Translations under genes and position numbers: made by a program
From: Chthonomonadales bacterium
GTDB lineage: Bacteria; Armatimonadota; Chthonomonadetes; Chthonomonadales; Chthonomonadaceae
DNA: 17,739 bases
Assembly (NCBI GenBank): GCA_038217285.1
Contig: JBBQPO010000117.1
Span: forward strand, 1 to 17,739
Direction of reading: 5' to 3'
Part shown: piece after piece, positions 14,517-17,739 of the stretch
How positions within the stretch are numbered: position 1 is the first letter of the stretch
Layout of the letters: each line of letters starts with the position of its first letter
Notes under the pieces: model-generated
The model's database searches: none
Seen by the model: only the letters and a program-made list of their open reading frames with translations
What the model was told of the DNA's origin: nothing

Positions 14517-16310
14517 ATGGCGAGATCGGAATCCTCCGGTTGGGCGCAGGTACTTCAGAACCGCGTTATCATGCTGGTTCTGGCGATGGTGATCATCGTT
14601 CCCTTCGTGGCTACTCCGGCTGACAATGGCACACGAGGAATGGCGGCTCTGGCCTTCGAAGGCATGAGCATTCTGCTTCTGGGCTTTCTGCTCTGGAAAG
14701 CGCGCTGGAAAAACTCGCGCGAAGACATAGTCAACTTTTTCAAGACCAGTGCGAACCTGCCGGTCCTGCTCTTTCTGGGCCTGACGATCGTATCGGCTCT
14801 CTTCGTATCGCATGCACACGTGCAGTACAGTATTCAAGAAGTTTTGCGCATCGGCGCAGGTGTGCTGCTCTACTTTACCGTGGCCTACCATTTCCGCCGT
14901 TCCGAACAGTTGATGAAACTGGTCGATGTGCTGATGTTCGTCGCCATCGGGTCCTCCTGTATCGGCTTCGCGCAGTACGGCCTGAGCGCGGAAGAGCAGC
15001 GGCAGGCGACGGGCGTGTTCGGTGACCACCAACTTTACGGCTCCTTTATGGCGATCCTCCTGCCCCTCGTCGGGGTCGTCGCCATCTCCGAGCGTGAACC
15101 GAACCGGCAACTCGTCGCGCAGATCGCGGCCGTGCTGACCACCGCAGCCCTGCTGCTCTCCTACTCCCGCAGCGCCTGGATCGGTTGCGCGGGCGGACTG
15201 AGCGCTCTGGGAATGCTGGCCCTCTATATGGCGACGCGCAAGAGCACGAAACTGGCCACGCGTAAGCACGAAGTGGTTCTGCCCTTGATGATGATCGCGG
15301 TTTCGATCGGCTTCTTCCTCATGATATCTCCGAGTACAGGCGGCTTCGTGCAGCGCGCCGCGACGCTCGGGAATCCCGGAGCCGAGCGCGGCTGGCAGTA
15401 TCGCCAGCAGGCCTGGCATGGCGCGGAGAAGATGATCATGGAGAGGCCGCTCTTCGGTTTCGGTCCTGGTCAGTACGCTTACTATCAGGAGGCATATACC
15501 CACGCGGGTATTCCGATGCCTCTGGTTCACAGCGCCTCCCCGATACCGCCCTCCCTCTGGGAGCAGGCGCATAACACCTATCTTCAGACCGCAGCCGATC
15601 TGGGTATTCCCGGCCTGTTGCTCTTCATCGCCGCACTCTCCGCCTTCCTGGGCATGGGACTGCAGCGTGTCATCGGAATGGATGTCGGGATCCGCCGCAC
15701 CTTGCTGCTCGGGTCGCTCGGTTCTATCGTGGCCTTTACCTTCGACGGCTTCGGCAGCCCGGCCTGGCAGTACGGTCAGGTGTCGATGTTCTTCTGGCTG
15801 ATCCTGGGAATCGGAACCGGCTGTATGCGCCCGCGCAGTAAGCACCGCATGCGCTCGGAAGAGGAAACCGCTCCTACGACCAAGGCGCGCTTCTCACGAC
15901 CTGCAGGGGTTGTCGCGGCGCTGGGACTGGCGGCCTTTCTGCCGTCGATCGCCTTCGCCAGCGTGGACGCCTACTTTGTCCTCGTGAAGAACAGCGGACG
16001 CATCAGTCCGAAAGTGTCCGACATTCCCAGAAGTACGGTAGGCACGACCTCGACACAACCCTATCAGTTCTTCGCAACCTTCATCAATCCGAACAATCCG
16101 AATAGCCCGTTCGAACTGGATGTCACTCTGTGCAATACGGTGGGCAGCGTCACGACCTTCAATGTGACCGGTGTGCCCGGCTTTATGTCCGGATTGAACA
16201 ACCAGATCTTCACGGCGACACGTACCGCAGGAGGACCCGGCACCGTGACAGGGACCTATACCGGTAACGGTGACACCACCAGCGATACCGCTACCCAGAC
16301 CGTTCACTAG
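14517..16310 (+). CDS. O-antigen ligase / Wzy_C-family polytopic membrane protein with a C-terminal Thr-rich, Ig-like extracytoplasmic domain
   Basis: About 12-13 hydrophobic segments; ATGVFGDHQLYG, LSYSRSAWIG, R...W..A..MI.ERPLFGFGPGQY, AHNTYLQTAADLGIPG motifs; GAAAGGA RBS. Confidence 0.9.
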   Translation: MARSESSGWAQVLQNRVIMLVLAMVIIVPFVATPADNGTRGMAALAFEGMSILLLGFLLWKARWKNSREDIVNFFKTSANLPVLLFLGLTIVSALFVSHAHVQYSIQEVLRIGAGVLLYFTVAYHFRRSEQLMKLVDVLMFVAIGSSCIGFAQYGLSAEEQRQATGVFGDHQLYGSFMAILLPLVGVVAISEREPNRQLVAQIAAVLTTAALLLSYSRSAWIGCAGGLSALGMLALYMATRKSTKLATRKHEVVLPLMMIAVSIGFFLMISPSTGGFVQRAATLGNPGAERGWQYRQQAWHGAEKMIMERPLFGFGPGQYAYYQEAYTHAGIPMPLVHSASPIPPSLWEQAHNTYLQTAADLGIPGLLLFIAALSAFLGMGLQRVIGMDVGIRRTLLLGSLGSIVAFTFDGFGSPAWQYGQVSMFFWLILGIGTGCMRPRSKHRMRSEEETAPTTKARFSRPAGVVAALGLAAFLPSIAFASVDAYFVLVKNSGRISPKVSDIPRSTVGTTSTQPYQFFATFINPNNPNSPFELDVTLCNTVGSVTTFNVTGVPGFMSGLNNQIFTATRTAGGPGTVTGTYTGNGDTTSDTATQTVH

Positions 16311-16350
16311 ACCTCTGCCTGTCGAAAGTCAGGCCAGGACGGGTTCTTAA

Positions 16351-16382
16351 GAAGCCGGGCCGCCTCAAAACGGCCCGGCTTC
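16351..16382. terminator. Stem-loop, probable terminator or processing hairpin
   Basis: GAAGCCGGGCCG-cctcaaaa-CGGCCCGGCTTC: perfect 12-bp stem 40 nt after the stop codon; weak U-tract. Confidence 0.6.
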
Positions 16383-16430
16383 CCCCTGTATGACCGGGGA
16401 TGTCCGCATTTGAAGAGGAGTGTTTTATCG

Positions 16431-17528
16431 ATGCGCGTGGCTATCGTTCATGACTTTCTGATGCAGATGGGCGGAGCCGAAAAGGTTGTCGAAGTCCTGC
16501 ACGCCATGTATCCGGAGGCGCCGGTCTATACGTCGGCCTACGACCCGGAAATCATGCCCGACTACTATCGTACCTGGGATATCCGCACCAGTTTTCTGCA
16601 GCGCCTGCCGCAGAAACGTAAGACCCACCGCTTTGCGCTGCCCTTCTATCCCATGGCCTTTGAATCGTTCAACCTGAGCAGCTACGACCTCGTTCTGAGC
16701 TCCTCGTCCTGTTTCGCCAAGGGCATCATCACGCCCCCGCACACCACCCACGTCTGTTATACCCATGCCCCCATGCGTTTTGCCTGGAGCACGGAAAGCT
16801 ACCTGGAAAATGAGAATCTGCCCCGCCTGTTCCGCCCGCCTCTCGCCCTCATTACCCACTATCTGCGGACCTGGGATGCCGTCGCCTCGACGCGGGTAGA
16901 TCAGTATGTGGCGAACTCCAGTGTCGTGGCGCAGCGGATCCGGAAGTTTTATCGGGCGGACAGCGAAATCGTTTTTCCGCCCGTCGAAACGGGCCGATTT
17001 CAGATCGATTCTGCGGTGGAAGACTACTATATCATGGTCTCCCGCGCCGTGCCCTACAAACGTCTCGATCTGGCGGTGGCGGCATTTACGCGCCTGAAGA
17101 AGCCCTTGAAGATCGTCGGCTCCGGACGGCAGATGGACGCATTGAAAGCCCAGGCCGGGCCCAATGTGCAGTTTCTCGGACGCGTCGGAGACAAAGATCT
17201 GCCGGGACTCATGGCACGGGCCAAAGGCTACATCATGCCTGGAGAAGAGGATTTCGGCATCGCGCCTGTCGAGGCCAATGCCTGCGGACGCCCTGTGATC
17301 GCCTATGCCGCCGGAGGCGCGCTCGACACGCAGCGCGACGGTGTCACGGGGGTGCTGTTCCAAGAACAGACCGTCGACGGACTCTGCGACGCCGTCTGTC
17401 GCCTGGAAAGCCTCGATCTGAACCCTCAGACCATCCAGGACCATGCGCGCACCTTCGACTCCACCGTTTTCCAGGAGCGCATCCGCAGCGTCGTCGCGAC
17501 CGCGATGGGAAAACAGGGCGTCCGTTAG
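16431..17528 (+). CDS. Glycosyltransferase family 4 (WbaZ-like mannosyltransferase group)
   Basis: MRVAIVHDFL...GGAEKV, YDLVLSSS, CYTHAPMRFAW, PYKRLDLAV, EEDFGIAPVEANACGRPVIAY (EX7E); GAGGAG RBS before ATG 16431. Confidence 0.92.
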   Translation: MRVAIVHDFLMQMGGAEKVVEVLHAMYPEAPVYTSAYDPEIMPDYYRTWDIRTSFLQRLPQKRKTHRFALPFYPMAFESFNLSSYDLVLSSSSCFAKGIITPPHTTHVCYTHAPMRFAWSTESYLENENLPRLFRPPLALITHYLRTWDAVASTRVDQYVANSSVVAQRIRKFYRADSEIVFPPVETGRFQIDSAVEDYYIMVSRAVPYKRLDLAVAAFTRLKKPLKIVGSGRQMDALKAQAGPNVQFLGRVGDKDLPGLMARAKGYIMPGEEDFGIAPVEANACGRPVIAYAAGGALDTQRDGVTGVLFQEQTVDGLCDAVCRLESLDLNPQTIQDHARTFDSTVFQERIRSVVATAMGKQGVR

Positions 17529-17610
17529 GCCGCCCCATTGCGCCAACAGACTGAACTAGCCATCAGGAGCGAAGACAAGAACGGGAACGCAAGCGAAGAC
17601 ACCAGTGGAG

Positions 17611-17625
17611 AAAATAGGGTATCCT
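17611..17625 (+). promoter_or_regulatory. Repeated 15-bp motif AAAATAGGGTATCCT, about 50 nt upstream of ATG 17675
   Basis: Third copy of the motif at 5893-5907 and 9233-9247. Confidence 0.55.
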
Positions 17626-17674
17626 AGGAGAGTCTCTTTTGTCACCTATCCTGCTCTATGTCTCGTAAAGTAAT

Positions 17675-17739
17675 ATGGAAAAAACAGTTAGCACCACACT
17701 CAAACCGCTCCACACGATCCGGCCAAGTACAGGTTGGGC
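17675..17739 (+). CDS. Probable N-terminus of an ABC-2 polysaccharide export permease (Wzm-like); runs off the window end
   Basis: MEKTVSTTLKPLHTIRPSTGW. I-x-P-x-x-G-W is the usual lead-in to the ELWxYRxL motif of many Wzm proteins; only 21 codons are visible. Confidence 0.45.
   Translation, partial: MEKTVSTTLKPLHTIRPSTGW

Noticed and set aside
15849..16310. Independent small secreted gene starting at the internal ATG 15849
   Set aside because: No stop separates it from the ligase and no clear RBS precedes it; treated as a fused domain, though internal initiation is not excluded.
12417..17546. Alternative-frame and antisense ORFs (12417-13613 +, 14514-15845 -, 16425-17546 -)
   Set aside because: They overlap wzc/wza, the ligase and the GT4; the translations are Arg/Pro/Ala-rich or shadow-like with no family motifs.

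Overview
High-GC bacterial surface-glycan locus. The lineage cannot be fixed from sequence alone. Minus-strand arm (9163 to 1): GHMP sugar kinase (HddA-like), Rmd/GMD-family SDR, GT4, phosphoheptose isomerase GmhA, polyprenol-phosphate glycosyltransferase (DPM1-like), GalE, a second HddA-like kinase, GT2, an FkbM methyltransferase, and the 5' end of a GT-C (GT39/ArnT-like) membrane glycosyltransferase that the ORF track misses. Plus-strand arm (9402 to end): a second FkbM paralog, Wzc tyrosine autokinase, a non-lipidated Wza/SLBB export protein, an O-antigen ligase/Wzy_C-family protein, a GT4, and probably the first 21 codons of a Wzm ABC permease. Most notable: (1) the ligase-family protein ends in an internal signal-peptide-like segment (A-F-A|S) and a 116-aa Thr-rich Ig-like domain; (2) three sigma54 (-24/-12) promoter matches lie on the plus arm; (3) a 15-bp motif AAAATA(G/A)GGTAT(T/C)CT occurs three times, each upstream of a gene and on its coding strand; (4) heptose kinases and FkbM methyltransferases are duplicated, suggesting a modified (methyl/deoxy) heptose glycan. 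No RNA genes, mobile elements or CRISPR arrays were seen.
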